From assembly GCA_025927595.1 (NCBI GenBank), contig JAICLD010000001.1, positions 1-55,403 of the forward strand: a DNA stretch of 55,403 nt, written 5' to 3'. Position 1 is the first letter of the stretch. Every line of letters starts with the position of its first letter. Position numbers and translations under genes: made by a program. Below the pieces are notes generated by a model. That model saw only the letters and a list, made by a program, of their open reading frames with translations, was not told where the DNA came from and did no database searches. The stretch comes from Nocardioidaceae bacterium. Lineage in GTDB: Bacteria > Actinomycetota > Actinomycetes > Propionibacteriales > Nocardioidaceae. This document shows positions 55,383 to 55,403 of this stretch, one piece after another.

Positions 55383-55403
55383 CCGGAGGCGACGCAGCGG
55401 CCA

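Noticed and set aside
1-55403. CRISPR array, tRNA/rRNA, integrase/transposase or a low-GC foreign island
   Set aside because: No repeat-spacer periodicity, RNA-gene signatures or mobility genes seen; composition looks uniformly high-GC by eye, so recent horizontal acquisition is not supported

Overview
High-GC actinobacterial chromosome segment (Nocardioidaceae-like by gene content and promoter style; taxonomy is inference). No tRNA/rRNA, CRISPR, transposase or phage genes were seen. 1-11.4 kb is mixed housekeeping/accessory: truncated NitT/TauT ABC ATPase, CitA/CitB-type two-component system, formylglycine-generating enzyme, spermidine-synthase-like protein, SDR-CPBP-flavoprotein operon, GAF-SpoIIE phosphatase and 5'-3' exonuclease. 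11.4-20.9 kb is a glycolate/glyoxylate cluster (IclR, permease, glcDEF, malate synthase G, GlcG). 21.0-22.8 kb is a three-gene unit of unknown function: heme-oxygenase-like diiron enzyme, CDGSH Fe-S protein and DPPY methyltransferase. 22.9 kb to the window end is a roughly 32 kb C2-organosulfonate catabolic region centred on xsc/pta. It has a taurine branch (tauABC, tpa, ald, TauR-like regulator), a sulfoacetate branch (SauS, SucCD-like ligase, IclR) and a candidate isethionate branch using a hydroxyacid-oxoacid-transhydrogenase-like Fe-ADH. It also encodes a CobS/CobT-like AAA+/VWA pair without CobN, several anion exporters, and a signal-less Cys-ligated molybdoenzyme with a fused NrfC-NrfD partner. 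That enzyme is controlled by a YeiE/CysL-like LysR and is the best candidate for an undescribed cytoplasm-facing sulfite:quinone oxidoreductase. Functional calls rest on motif recognition and gene context only; no searches were run.
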